Below, piece after piece: positions 50,976 to 64,000 of a DNA stretch of 64,000 nt (the stretch's first letter is position 1; each line of letters begins with the position of its first letter). This DNA comes from Podarcis bocagei (taxonomy: Eukaryota), in assembly GCA_964188305.1 (NCBI GenBank), contig OZ076893.1; one strand, 5' to 3'. The notes under the pieces are model-generated. The model was given only the letters and a program-made list of their open reading frames with translations. It made no database searches and was not told where the DNA came from. A program made the position numbers and the translations under genes.

Positions 50976-53649
50976 ACAACATACATAAAATAATTAACAG
51001 CATATTCTCAGTAGATTTAAATATCTCATTGGAACATAGGGGTGGGCTGGGCCATCCTGTGACATAATGCCTTGTTCTTCTAATGTTTTAGTACATTTTC
51101 ATTACTGCATATACAATAATGATGTTTGAGCTTTGCTCCTTAGCTCCAGCTGTGCTAGACTCCCCTGCCCCCCCCATCTTCATTATTAAAAATGTGTTTG
51201 CGGAGTTTTGTTTATAGGGTCAAGATACAAGCTTTTGGAGAAATAAGTGTTGTAAGAGCTGTACAGGAGATCTGAAGTAACGCTGCATGGAAATTTCTTT
51301 TACTTCCTCTTTGCAAGGAAAGGCTCCAGCACTGAAAGCTGTAGACTTCCCATCAAGCAGCCATCTGTGCAGCACTTGGGAACAGTGGTGAGTGCCTGAA
51401 TCATCAGGTTTGGCAGTCATTTACCCACCACTCTGTTCCCTTTGGGCAGCTCTTTAGTGAATTTGGAGGAAAGGGGGAAGAGATGAGGCAGGACAAGGGA
51501 AGGAAGGATAGAAAGAGAGAGAGAGAGAGATAAACTGCCTTTTAGCTTCATGATTTATGTTTGGTCCAAGCGTAGTCCTGCTTTATTTTTTCTCTCTTGG
51601 AATTTATCTTGGACATGTTGTTTCAATATGAGACAATCAGCTGAGCTCTCTTTGGAATGTCCCCAGAGAGGAGAAACAGCCTCCCAGTAGGGTAATATGT
51701 TCAGCAGAACACTAAAATGCATTTTTGAACATCTGCGTTCTATTTATGCCTCCAGAGTACTTCCCATCAGCTTTAGGGGAATCAAAAGATGCTTTGAAAG
51801 ATGCTCACCAATTCTTCATGCTTCACTGTAATTTGCAAGAGAGCTTGCTCTTTTAAGCTGGTTTACCTAAGGCATGTGATTGCTGTAGACCAAACATTAC
51901 AAACCTATGGTCCTTCATAATGAAAGGAATCCTTTTATTGACCTGCTATTTGTAGATGTCTTAATAGGTTCTACTGATTAATCTTTCAGATACATTTTTT
52001 AGTTGTCACTAAGGAAAAGCTGTCCCCAAGGAAAGCACATCTGCTCAGGATGTTCAAGGAAGGAGTGATATATCAGGTTTTATTAAGAAGTGATAATAAA
52101 GGCCACACTACATGTTAGGTTGGGAGTTCTGCAATTGGAGTGCCTCATGAAATTTCTTCTAAAACGTTGTGTGTGGTGTTTGTGTGATTTGGATCATTGT
52201 GTGTGACTTAAATTGTTCCTCTAATCTGCTCTATTTCACAGAGGAGAAACTATACAAGCACAGCTTTGTGGTTTCATGCTTTTCCTTCTGCACTTAAGCG
52301 CAGCTCAGGGAAGAGTGATTTGTCTTAGGTCCATGATGCAGATGGACATGTGTGACTAGCTTTTGGAGAAGAAAAGTGCACTGGGAGATCCAGCCACAAA
52401 ACTATAATGTAAGATGGAGTTTGAATAAAAGAATATACTGTACTGTGAAATGCTAAAGAATGATACCAATTAATATACCACAGGGATGTTAATTTGTGAT
52501 GGATGAATCTTGAGGTGAAGCAGGGTGAATCATAAGGACTTGGGGCTTGCTGGAAGTAAATGAGCATCTGTACAAGGCAGCATAAGTCAAATTATTTCTG
52601 GTTACTTGGTGATTCTGACATAAGAAAATGTTGAAGAGAGGCAACTAGCAAAGAAAAATTAAATGGCTCTAAGCTTGCCATATAAGGACAAACACCTAAG
52701 TCGAGTGATGAGATAAGGGGTAACAAATATCCAGTAGGGGGGTGTTGCCACTCACCTGACCTCTGGTCAACTGTGTCACTGTAGCTCACTAGGAGGTAGA
52801 GTGGAAGGGGCAAGGCAGCTGTGAGGTTGGCATGGTGCAAATGCCCTGGAATAGCCAATTTGGTGCTCCCACCGGTGCATCTACACTGACCTCACTCCCA
52901 CCTTGCCCTTGCCCCTCCCCCTCTATGTCCCAGTAAGCAGCAGTGACAGAAGTGACTGCAGGTCAGGTGAGCAGTGCCACCCCATCCATGTCATCCACTA
53001 TTGCAAATACCAGAAAGGGGAGGGAGAGATCTGTTATGGCGGGCAGGTCAACACTGTAATCCAAGGGAACAATTTTACCTAGAAAGCTACGTAATCCTTT
53101 TTAGTTCTCTCCCCTGCAAATTCCACCCACTTCTGTCAAAAAGAGGGAAAAAACCACGATAGCTGTTTTATAAATTTACCAAGAGTAAATGGAGTGAGGG
53201 GTATGGAAATGAAGTGGGCCCTAAATTTTATGAGCTGCTGTTACAGGAAAATCACTGTGGCTATCTTTTTAAAATTTAGCAAGCTTCATTCTCTTGGAAG
53301 AAATGATGAAAGCACTTTAGATCAAGGTGGGCTGTTTCCCAAAGTGTTAGATCATGATCTAAACCAAATTTTGTGGTATGTATACACCCCTAACATTCAT
53401 GCAAAGTTTCATCTGCCCTGTGAAGAATAATGAAATCTCATTGCTGAATTTATCAGTCTTGAAGGTAACATATTAAAATTGATGAGCCTTTTTTCTATGC
53501 TTCATAGCAAATATCTCAGCCAGGGTGTTGGCTAGTTTAATTCTGCTTGATAAAAGAAAAGAAAAACTGCAAAAAAAAAGTTTGGATTTTTTTTAATATA
53601 AAAAAGAATACATTTTAATTAATTCAGTCAAATGTAAAACAGACTATTG

Positions 53650-53651
<2 letters not shown>

Positions 53652-53697
<46 letters not shown>
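53652..53697. repeat. (AC)n microsatellite
   Basis: Read directly from the sequence. Confidence 0.95.
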
Positions 53698-53699
<2 letters not shown>

Positions 53700-55417
53700 C
53701 TTGAACAAACAACCAGGGCCTTGACTTGTGAAATTTCATTCTCATACGGGTGCTGAAGAAGTTCCCATAGTACTGTTATGACTTGTTATCTGTCTTCACA
53801 GGATATACTCCCACACTCTTTCTTCCAGGGTCCCTGCTTCCTGTGGGTCTTCCCACAGCTGCCAGCATAGACAGCTTGCGTCTGGAATAGGCTTCATGTA
53901 AGCCTGAAGATGCTTATACTCTCTCACTCAACTGAGTGAGTCAACACACAAATGTGGCAGATGTTCAGCATCAGGAGGCAAAAAACTTGCATTTTGCACC
54001 ATGCAGCAAATTCTTTTTTCTCTGATACCTTTAATTTCCTCTCCGCAGGATGTGGAATAATTTTCCTCTGCTGCTGCCATTCCTGTGAACTCAGGGGTCT
54101 GTGAATTTTACAAGGACATTTGCATTGCCATGTCATGTGTGCTCAGACTTAATGAGGCTAAGTTCACTGATGCGAGCTTTTCCTTGTTTTATTTCTTCCC
54201 CTCCCCATGGCTGAAAGATGAATGGCAACTCTGATAATATATGACAATTGTGGATTACTTATGCACTTTGCGTATGTGAGGTGGCTAGTGAATGAGAAGG
54301 CAATTTTGAACACACCAACAACCAATAATCTGTGGAAATTAATGCATGAACCAGTGTTACAGAATCCCACCCACTGTACATAGAAACCCAGTCAGATGGG
54401 CGTTTTTTGTTTTGTTTTTTAAAAAAATATTTTCAGGTATTTGAGTACTATACTGTATAAGATGCTAGCTTTGTAGTATAGAGAATTATACTATGTGCCA
54501 TGTGGCATCCCACCACCATGTTGCTGACTAATGTTGAAACTTAGTGTAAGCTGATTCAGCTGGACACAGCTTATGGAACAACAGGTTGAGAAAAAGACAC
54601 GTCTAAACCAAGGAGCATAAACTTTGTCTTTTGTTCTAGCTTATTATTTTAAGTAAAGTATTCAGACATAGATTTATCCTTTAAAACACAAGTGATATAT
54701 CAAACCAACAATGTAATGTATGTTATAGTTTCTTTGGGAGCTTCATGCTTTGTTATTTTTATTTTTAAAAAACACCCCCAAACCCACTTTACATTAATTG
54801 TAAAGCTAGCTTGATGTTATGCCTTGGAGAATGAGTACTGAGACTTGTGCAAAGCACTTAGACAGTGGCCCTGATCCAAGTCAAGTTCATTAAGACAGGC
54901 AGCTCAATCATATGCTCCCACTACACCACCAGCAGCAGCTGTGCCATAACCACACCAGCAAAGTGTAATCACAATTCTATGCACTCCCAGCAGAAAGAAA
55001 GAATAGTGATGTCATGATGGTGGTGGTGATAAAAATAATACAAAGAAAATATGTGATTTCATTACTTATTCATTCATTTAAATTATTTAGATAATTCTAA
55101 AAGTGTTACCATCCCCCTAGCTTCAGGTGACGAGGGATTCAGGGCAGGGCATCAGGGGTTGATGTTAGTATTTGGGCAAGTTCTTGTGGGAAAAGACAGT
55201 GTGTTAGGGCAAGGGTAGCTAACCTGTGGCTCCCCAGGTTTTGTTGGATTCCAACTCCCATCTGCCCTAATGAGTATGTCCAATGGTCAGAGATGATGGG
55301 AGCAGGGATCCAGCATTATCTTGAGGACCAAAAGTTCACCACCCCCTAGTTTAGTGCTCCCTAGGTTGAAATTGTGCTTGGAAATGGGTTAGGAGCCACT
55401 ATAAGAATCTCAGTTCA

Positions 55418-56600
55418 GTGTCAAGGAAAAATTTGATGAGCATCCCTTCAATTCCTTCATCCAAGTCATTTATAAAGACGTTGAACAATAACAGGCCCAG
55501 GACAGAACCCTGCGGCACCCCACTTGTAACTTTTGGCCAGGATGACGAGGGGCCATCAATGAGAACTCTGGGTTTGGTCAGTCAACCAGCTACAAATCCA
55601 GAGCATTCCCCTGATTTGTCTGGCATGACTTATTTTTGAAAAACCCATGCTGGGTCTTAGTAATCACAGCATCCTTTTCTAAGTGCTCAGAGATTGACTG
55701 CTTAAGGATTTCTTCTAAGACTTTTCCTGGTATTGATGTCAAGCTCATGAGTTGGTAGTTACCTTGGTCTTCTCTCCGCCCCCCTTTGAAGATAGGGATA
55801 TTTGCCCACCGCCAATCTTTAGGAACCTCATCTGTTCTCCAAGAATTCTCAAAGATTATAGTCAGAGACTCTGAGATTACATCTGCAAGCCTTGCACCCC
55901 CTCCCCAGCGCCACCGCCGAAATAAAAGGCTGCCATGTGGCCTACTGCCGGGACGCCCGCCACCCTCTTGGACCCGGCGAGGCGCCCCCTGGTGAGTGGA
56001 AGCAGCAGAGGGGCCTTATGCCTCCTCCCCAGTACCACAGCCACTGAAAAACAATCAAATAAGGCTGGCAAGCAGCCTGTAAACAACGCAAAAGACTTAC
56101 CTCAACCTGGTTGCTCACCAGAACATGTCCTGCAACCTGGAAGATGATCCTGGAAGGAAGAAAACCAAGTGAGGCTTGGTTGAAAGGGTCAGCCTCTTTT
56201 CTTTGGCCTTAGCCCCACCCCTGGCTGGCTGTCCATTGTCCTCCCTGGCCAAGGGCGGGTCAAAGGCCAACCTAAGCAAGTGGGAGGCACCCATCCAGGT
56301 GAACCCCACTCGGTGCCGCAAACCCCGCCCACCTGTAGGGGAGGGAGGGCGGAAACTGCCCACCTCCAATCTTTAGGAACCTCACCTGTTCTCCAAGAAT
56401 TCTCAAAGATTATAGTCAGAGACTCTGAGATTACATCTGCAAGCTCCTTTAGTACCCTTGGGCACAGCTGATCAAGCCCTGGAGATTGGAATTAGTTTAA
56501 AGTAGCTAAGTGTTCCCTTATAGCCTCTTTTCCTATCTTGGGCCGCAGTTCCCTCCTTACATCATATTTTATGTTAACACTAGGTTGGGAATTGCTTTCT
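55418..56600 (-). mobile_element. CR1 LINE RT fragment (internally deleted, interrupted at 55891-56356)
   Basis: The minus strand encodes CR1 RT motifs such as ADVISESLTIIFENSWRTGEVPKDWR, SLTSIPGKVLEEILKQ...QHGF, and SGVPQGSVLGLLLFNVFINDLDEGIEGMLIKF. Confidence 0.9.
55891..56356. mobile_element. Unclassified GC-rich 466-bp insert flanked by an 88-bp direct duplication
   Basis: 55803-55890 and 56357-56444 are direct repeats with 2 mismatches; the sequence between them is not CR1. Confidence 0.75.
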
Positions 56601-58417
56601 TTCCCCCTTCCCATTTATTTATTGCAAGTTAGATTCTGAACAACTCAAAAGCTGCAGATATTTGCTTCTGTTAACATTGGACCAACCTCCAAAATACTAA
56701 AACACATGAATGGTACTTGACCCTCAAAATCTGAAAAGGGAGTGAGAGCACTTGGCAATCACTTCTGTCACCTTCTTTATGCATAATGGCAACCTACCAA
56801 TACTATTCTTGGGTATAGTGTACCTGTCTTTGGCCAGAACTTCATAATCCTTATTTGTCCAGCTATTTTACGAGAATATAAAAAAAGAATTTGGCTACTC
56901 ACATTAAGAAGGAAAGGATGAATGGTTAGGCTGGTTTTCTTGTAGCAAAGGATCATATTACAGGTGGAATCTTGGGGTTGCCTGGTCCAAAATCAGACAA
57001 TTATTCTTTATATCTAATCCTTCTAACAGAACCTTACATAAAGTGTACACTGAGGAAGAGCTTTGCCAGTTCAAGCAATACTCCGTAAATCACACATGCA
57101 TGGCTTGAGCTCACACTTATTTTACAAATGAGTGGACAGCATATTTTTCATGCAAAGTATAAATGCTCCCTCATAGTAGAAAAACATTAGCTTCCATGAA
57201 AGGGCAAGTGATCTGCATCTAACATCTAGCATATGCATTATTTTACATTCAGAAATTATTTACATCCCAAAGATTAGCTGCTGCTGCTGAAATTGCTTTT
57301 TCTTCTCAAGATGCTCCTGCCCTGTGAAAAAGAGAGTTGTGTTTTGATGAAGTCTCTCTGTATACAGGAATGTGAGTATTAATTAAACACAGACAGCAAG
57401 AGGTCTCTTCAGGTGGCTTTTGAGTGAATGGCTTCCAGAAAGATAATTAACAAACTTCACATAAAAAAGAAACTGTTTTCTCACACGCTGAGCTAGATTA
57501 GTAGATGAGGGCAGTAATGTCCTGGAAAGGAGGTATGTAAACAAGAAAAGGTGGCAGTGTTAGGTTTGTGGTGAACTGGGTCTGTTAGCGGCATAAACAG
57601 CATGAAGAAGACTTCTAAACAAAATCTCCAACTGATCAGTGGAGCCGACCCACCACAGGCCTTCGATGGTGCAGAGAAAATAACTTCACATTTTCAGAGG
57701 ACACTAGTGTGTCTGTAACAGCAGGGATCCTCAGATTTTATTGTCACTGTGTAATTGTCACTGTTGTTGCCACAAGGTGTAATTCTCTTGGGTGAGCTGG
57801 GGCTGTAGATACATTCTTTCTTTTCAGCTTGTATATTGGAAGCAGTTTGGTCTGGCTTTCATGCTGTCTCTAACACTGTTTTTGCTAGTGATAATTGAAT
57901 CCATTTGGACATTTCCCATGCCTGTAATTCCAGTATAAAAACTATATTGCCTAGAATCAACATTCAGGTTAAAAACGGAAGTACTGTATATTGAAACATG
58001 ATGCTTTACCTGGGCTTTTGCTAACTGCTCCAGACTTTCATCCTTGTGCAGAGCACTTAAGCATGAACTTAAGCATTTCAGAAGTCCATCTGAAATTGAC
58101 TAAACCACATCTTAGGCAACAGAATAACATAGATGCTTTAAATGGGTCATAGAAACACATATTTATGACTAAATATGTGGCCTGTTTTAGAGACATCGTG
58201 TCTCCGCAGTACTGATCCAAATTGGCATATTTGAACATTGGATAACAAGAAGTGACTTCCTAAATAATGGATTACATGGCTGAAGCTAGGCACCCGCCAC
58301 TAGGAAACATATTTATCTGTTTCAAACATTTACATTCCGCATTTTACTAATAAATTCAAGGCAGTCTACCAAAATTAAAACAAGTAAAGCAACAATTAAT
58401 GCATTTAAGACAAACAG

Positions 58418-58646
58418 CATTTAAAGCACTATGATACCATAATGGACATGGCTTCCTTCAAAGATTTCTGGGAGCTGTAGTTTGTTAACGGTACTGGAAG
58501 TTGTTAGGAGACTGCTATTCCTTTCGCAGAGCTACAGTTTCCAGAGTTCCCTGGGCAGAGGAATTGATTGTTAAACTACTCTTGAGAATGCCATGACTGT
58601 TTAAAGTGGTATCATGGTGCTTTAAATGTATGATGTGAAGGTAGCC
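58418..58646. mobile_element. Palindromic MITE (Harbinger-like)
   Basis: Arms CATTTAAAGCACTATGATACCA / TGGTATCATGGTGCTTTAAATG; related decayed copies at ~23130-23280 and ~30180-30332. Confidence 0.6.
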
Positions 58647-61600
58647 TTAGATTTGCAATTTTACCTCCATAGCTTCATGTCCTGCACAACTGGCATGTTT
58701 GGTAGAGAACAGGCCTGCTTCCTGCAGGCATTGTGTGTGTGAGTTCCTATGGGGATCTCTCTAGCAAAGATGATCCAGCAGGATTTGGCTCTGCCAGCCA
58801 GCAGCTGACTGGCAGAAGACCGAAAGCCTGCTTTCCCTTGCCAATTGGGGAGTGCACTTTAAGGCTCTTGATTGTGCATTGGCAGCTGCGTCTTTACCTG
58901 CCTCACACCTGACATTGCATATGATGTCAGATGTGGGGCAGGTGAGTGTGGTTTGGGGAAAACAGCCTCATGGGCCAAATTTGAACCTTGGGACAGGGCA
59001 TATTTGGCCCATGGATGAGAGGTTCCTCCCCCCTCTTGAACGTCAAGAGAAGCAGGCTCACCACATTTGATCTGATCCAGCTAACTGTCATATGATTGTG
59101 GGAGCTTGCTTCTGCGCTTCTATCCCTAGATGAATGGGCTATTGCAAGTGCACAGATGATTTCTGAGCCACATTGACCAGCCCCAGGCAATGCACACCTA
59201 ATCTGATTTAAATTGCAATTGCTGTTTGGATCAGGGAGCAGGATTAGTCTCCCTGCTCTTTCCTTCCTGCCAAAGAGCTGATAAACACAATTCAGAGTAT
59301 CTGCATCTGGGTCCTGGTGTTTTGTAGCTTGTTCTTAGTTTTTCTGTGTAAGGCTTATTCTCTGCTTAGTTACCAGCATTGAAGCTGAAGCTTAGTTCTG
59401 TTCTGTTATATAGTCTGAATGCATAAACATAGTGTGGTGGTATATTTTAACAACTGGGCTGCAAATACTTCTCCTTTTTCATATGTTAGGGAGATAGACT
59501 TCAGATACCTTTGACACAAACAAAGGTATTCTGATGAGACTCTGCAAGCCAAGCATTAGTGCAGCTTTTCACCACCAATAGAATTACGGTGCACTGAAAT
59601 AACAAAAAAAGGAGATAGTGATAGAAAGAAAGCAGGCACCATATGTGATGGATTCGGGGTGTGTGTGTATGTGAGGGGGACCAGCTTAGGAAGTTTAAAG
59701 TTCCTATCAGAGCGAGACCAGGAACTGAATCAGAAGCTGAAATGACTGTGACGCTGTATTCAACTGGGTTTCCCAGTGGTTTACTAGCAGAGATGGAGAT
59801 CAGGTACTATGGATGATGGTTCTGAGTTTTGCAAGAAATAAAATAGATTGCATCCGCTTCTCTCCGTCTCCGGTAAAGCTAGGGCAGAAGCAGCAGCTAA
59901 TGAATATGAAGAACCATCCCAGGGTTAATTTTGTGTTGAGTCACTATACCACTAATTTTGGCCATAGAGAAATAAACTGTGATGTTACAGTCAAGCAGCA
60001 AACCTGAACATTTCATGGAAGTGGGTTTGTTGTCATAGAAGAACTTTTTGCACAAATATATGATGACAGAACAAACTTAATGATGAAATCATAGCAGCAT
60101 GTTTTGCTGATAAGTTCTTATAATTCAGACTCATAAAGAGTAAGAGGTCAATTCCATTTTTGCCTCATTTAGGAAATATCAAACCCACCATATTAATGTA
60201 GATTTTTATTATGCTGTTATTTTGAGGACTAACAGACTGAAACACTGTTAGAGCCTAGTGGTTAAGAACCTGAGCAATGAATTGGATCCAGGTCAGTCAC
60301 GAACCCACTGGGTGGCTTTTGGCAAGGGTCTTCTCTCTGCCTCTGACTGCCATCTGTGAAATGTAGATCACAATATCAGCCTACTTAGCACCTGAAGCAC
60401 TAAGGGTGTGTGTGGAGATAATAGAAAAAAACTTATTCTTAGTGTTACTTCCATGTTGCAAACCTTTGAAGGTTTCTATAAGGTTTTAAAGTTAAACCTT
60501 AAAAAGGAAAAACAAATCTGTATGAAAAAATGTGCAAAGAGAAGAAAGATGGGACCTTTGCAGTCAGGATGACTGTGTTTGATGGAAAGATCTGTTTTTG
60601 ATTAACATGCCAAAAAGTACTTAGGTTGAAAAATTTACTAGATGCTTTGAAAGGCAAACCATTTAGAAATATGTCATAGAGTCAGTCCTGGGAATGATTT
60701 AAAAGCCAGTGTTCTCTTCCCATTCAAAAATGGAGGTGGGTGTTTCTACCTTTTTAGTGTGTCATTCACTTAATAGAAATAATAACACCAGTGCTCTGAA
60801 AACCAAAGTACTTGATAAGCATTTGGTGAAATTTGTTAGCCCAGGCCAGTGACTGCCAACATGGAACAGATGGGCACACATTTGCCCAAAAAGGCATTTT
60901 CTGGCTTCAAGGAAGCATTCTGTTGTAGCAAACAGAGTATGCTCAGGTGTGTGCTTGGTTGCAGTGTGGTGTGGTTCCCCCAGCAGTTTCTCTGGTTTGC
61001 AGATGTGCCCATGAGCCCCAAAAAGGTGGTGTCCCCAGTCTAGGCATTATAAATGTTTGCAATGGCACATGGCAGTATAATATATTGGTTGGTTTGGTTG
61101 GCATCCCTCTTTCTTGGGAGACAATGGAGGAGTGTGCCTTTGGGAGTGAAGTCAAAGGACAGTGTAAACTGGCATTTGCCTGATGCTTTTGCCAAGTGCT
61201 ACCATGATCAGCCGATGACTGGCACTTGCAGAGCCCTGTGCCTCTTCAGCTGCACTAGGGAGTTCTTGAAGGGGAATTCCTTAATGCAGCAGATCCCAGT
61301 GGAACAATCAGGGGCTCCCTTTAAGCTCCCGAGCCATGTCCTTACCTGCTCCACATCTGACATCACATGTGGGCATAGGTTTTTTTTTTGGGGGGGGGGG
61401 AAATGGCCCCATGGGCCAAATTGGGACCATGCTAGATCTAAGCAGGCCACAGGTGGGATGCTTCCACCCCTGCAGATATACTTGCAGATACAGGTGTGTA
61501 GCAAAGGTGGAGGTATGAAGGCACCATTTGCTGTTCACCTGAATAAGGTCTGAGAGACAATTGAAGGAAGATCTCAAGTTCTGGCCCCTGAAAACCACTA

Positions 61601-62179
61601 TAGGTCATGCACTAGGGCTCAGATGTAGACTCAGATTCTCTCCTATCCTTAAGACAGTATTTCTCAATTCACTCTAGGTGCATCTTTTCCCAGCTTGGGT
61701 TTCCAGACATTGTTGTGGGCTTGTCATCTGCTTTGGTACCTCATCAACCAGAGCAGCTGAACTAGTTTAAGTTCTCAGCAGCAATGAGAAGTTCACCAGA
61801 GACAATAAATCATTGACATAATGCATTTCTGGCTAGTATGTGAGGTGATTCAGAAATATATATCTCAGCAGATTGCAGCAATCTGTGGCATTCCCATCAG
61901 GTGATGAATACTCTGTTGGAACACACAATTCACATGAAGAGAACAAGCAAACGGAAAATAAGACATGCAGTATGGGAAAAAAATAGCATTTTAGTATATT
62001 TTTAGGACATTGAAAACATATATCTATTTGGATTGTTCATGAAAGATGTAAGTGGCAACTTTTCTCTCAGGAAACAAACATGCCTGCACATTCCATAAAG
62101 AAAAGAGCTGATTGCCAGTGCCACTTAATCCTGCCTGGAATTAATATCAAATTCATACATATCATAAGAAAACTTATTT

Positions 62180-62310
62180 GAATAATAATAATAATAATAA
62201 TTAATAATTTATTATTTATACCCCGCCCATCTGGCTGGGTTTCCCCAGCCACTCTGGGCGGCTTCCAACTGAATATTAAAAACAATACAGCTTCAGACAT
62301 TAAAAACTTA
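62180..62310 (-). mobile_element. L2-type 3' end with (ATT)n tail
   Basis: Reverse complement of the 15570-15726 sequence. Confidence 0.75.
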
Positions 62311-63119
62311 TCTGAATAGTGTGTTTTGAAGTATTTAAAGAAAATGAAGTACTGCAATTAGTGATCCCACAGCCACTCTGCTGCTGAACAATGAGCTTTG
62401 ATTTATTAAAGTTATATCTCACCTTTATTCCATCATGGAGATAACGGCAACACACAACCAGTCTCACATCAAGGCACTGACCAGACCCAGACTCCTTAGC
62501 TTCAGCATGCATGCTGTTTGTGTCATAAAAATATAAGGAAAGTCTTGCTGAATCATCCCAAATGCCAACCTAGTCCAGCATCCTGTTCTCACAGTAGCCA
62601 ACCAGATACCTAAGGGAAGTCCACAGGCAGGACCTGAGTACAATAGGCTGTCCCCACCTGACCCTTAAGAACATGCTGTTGAAAGCAACCTAACACAAAC
62701 TGAAGGTTTTCAGCTAAGCTAGTTATGGGCCACCTTCCTCCATTCCTCTAGGCTTGGCTTGTAATTAGTTTTTTAATTGCTTTTTGGGAGAATCCTGAAA
62801 AAAAACCCCAACTCTTGGGATTTTCTGAGTTCTTTCCAAGAACGTTCATGAAACAAAACATAAGGGAGCTCTTAAGATGATTTAGCACTGAAAAGAGAAC
62901 CTGGTGTAAGCTTCTCCTAGCCCTAGCTGCTTCCAATTTAATTGCATTGCAAGGGGGTGGACTGGATGACTCTTAGGGTCCCTTCCAGTTCTACAATTCA
63001 TAGAGCATGGAAAACTATGTTCCCCACACCAGTAAATGCCTTAACATTTTATGAATTTAAACATTTGGTAAAAGCATCACAGAATCTTGTGGCACCTTAA
63101 AAGCTACCAAATTAATCTA

Positions 63120-63334
63120 CAGTGGTACCTCGGGTTACATACACTTCAGGTTACAGACTCTGCTAACCCAGAAATAGTACCTCAGGTTAAGAACTTTGCT
63201 TCAGGATGAGAACAGATATCGTGTGGCGGCAGCAGGAGGCCCTATTAACTAAAGTGGTACCAAAGGTTAAGAACAGTTTCAGGTTAAGAACGGACCTCCA
63301 GAACAAATTAAGTTCTTAACCCGAGGTACCACTG
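63120..63334. mobile_element. Tigger/pogo-like MITE, family A (shorter variant)
   Basis: CAGTGGTACCTCGGGTTA...TAACCCGAGGTACCACTG with TA TSD. Confidence 0.92.
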
Positions 63335-64000
63335 TAGATACACCTGATAAGGCAAATTCTGAAATGAAGGAACCTTCTTCAAAAGGGGGCATCTGGAAGT
63401 CTTAGCAATGGGAACAACAGAATGGAGCATCAAATGCAGTAGTTTCAAAATAACTATCATCTAAAAAAGGGGATTAAAAGAATGAATACAGCACAACTGG
63501 ATTAATTTAGACACACTTCTGGTTAGTCCTTAGCTCTGCTGACACAAATCAGGAAACTATGATTGTTTGGGTCACCAAACTAAAACCATTACCCTCCCAA
63601 AACAGACAATGCTGTGATTTATTATTTCTTCATATGAAAACACTTGTCAGGCAGTTGGTAAATTGCTGTGTCTGCAAAACTAGATGATAATCTTATTTTG
63701 AAGCTTCTTGAAATGCTTGCTCAAAAACAACAAAAACCACACTATATAAATATATTTTAACTAACTTGACAGATTTTCCTTTTTTGGAAGGGGAAATGGA
63801 GTGAAAATATTAACATCAGGCATAATAAAAGACTGCAGTGCTGAGCATGCTTACAAAATGGTAAATTCGAGTACATTCAATAAGACGTCTTCTGAGTTAA
63901 CATCCTTCTTCTTCTTCTTCTTCATTTACATTTATTCCCCAACTTTTCCTGTTACTCTAACATACTCAACTCTCTCAATAAAAACAGATCTTCTCCCATG

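Overview
Vertebrate nuclear DNA, almost certainly a squamate reptile and probably a lacertid lizard. This is inferred from Sauria SINEs, BovB, tRNA-Ile/CR1-tail SINEs and lizard-type hAT, Tigger and Harbinger MITEs. The only host protein-coding sequence I can support is the last three exons (638-734, 2591-2686, 4638-4868, + strand) of a CLC chloride channel/antiporter of the ClC-6/ClC-7 branch, encoding the end of CBS1, the linker and CBS2. It diverges from CLCN7 and CLCN6 as I recall them and is probably the non-mammalian 'chloride channel protein C-like' paralog. The remaining ~58 kb has no recognisable host CDS and is intergenic or intronic, with many transposable elements. These include a 4.5-kb 5'-truncated L1-clade LINE with a 20-bp TSD, carrying a nested Tigger-like MITE and a Sauria SINE, plus a BovB 3' fragment, L2/CR1/old L1 remnants, solo-LTR-like elements and many hairpin MITEs. 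The most notable oddities are: (i) palindromic hAT MITEs that share one core but carry different terminal arms, one SPIN-like; (ii) a 466-bp insert flanked by an 88-bp direct duplication, carrying a CTCF motif and a ready-made 49-nt exon cassette; (iii) a perfect 45-bp inverted repeat without a TSD; (iv) a CpG-island-like 709-bp hAT element. I found no convincing new multi-gene system. The findings concern TE and genome architecture plus one under-studied gene.
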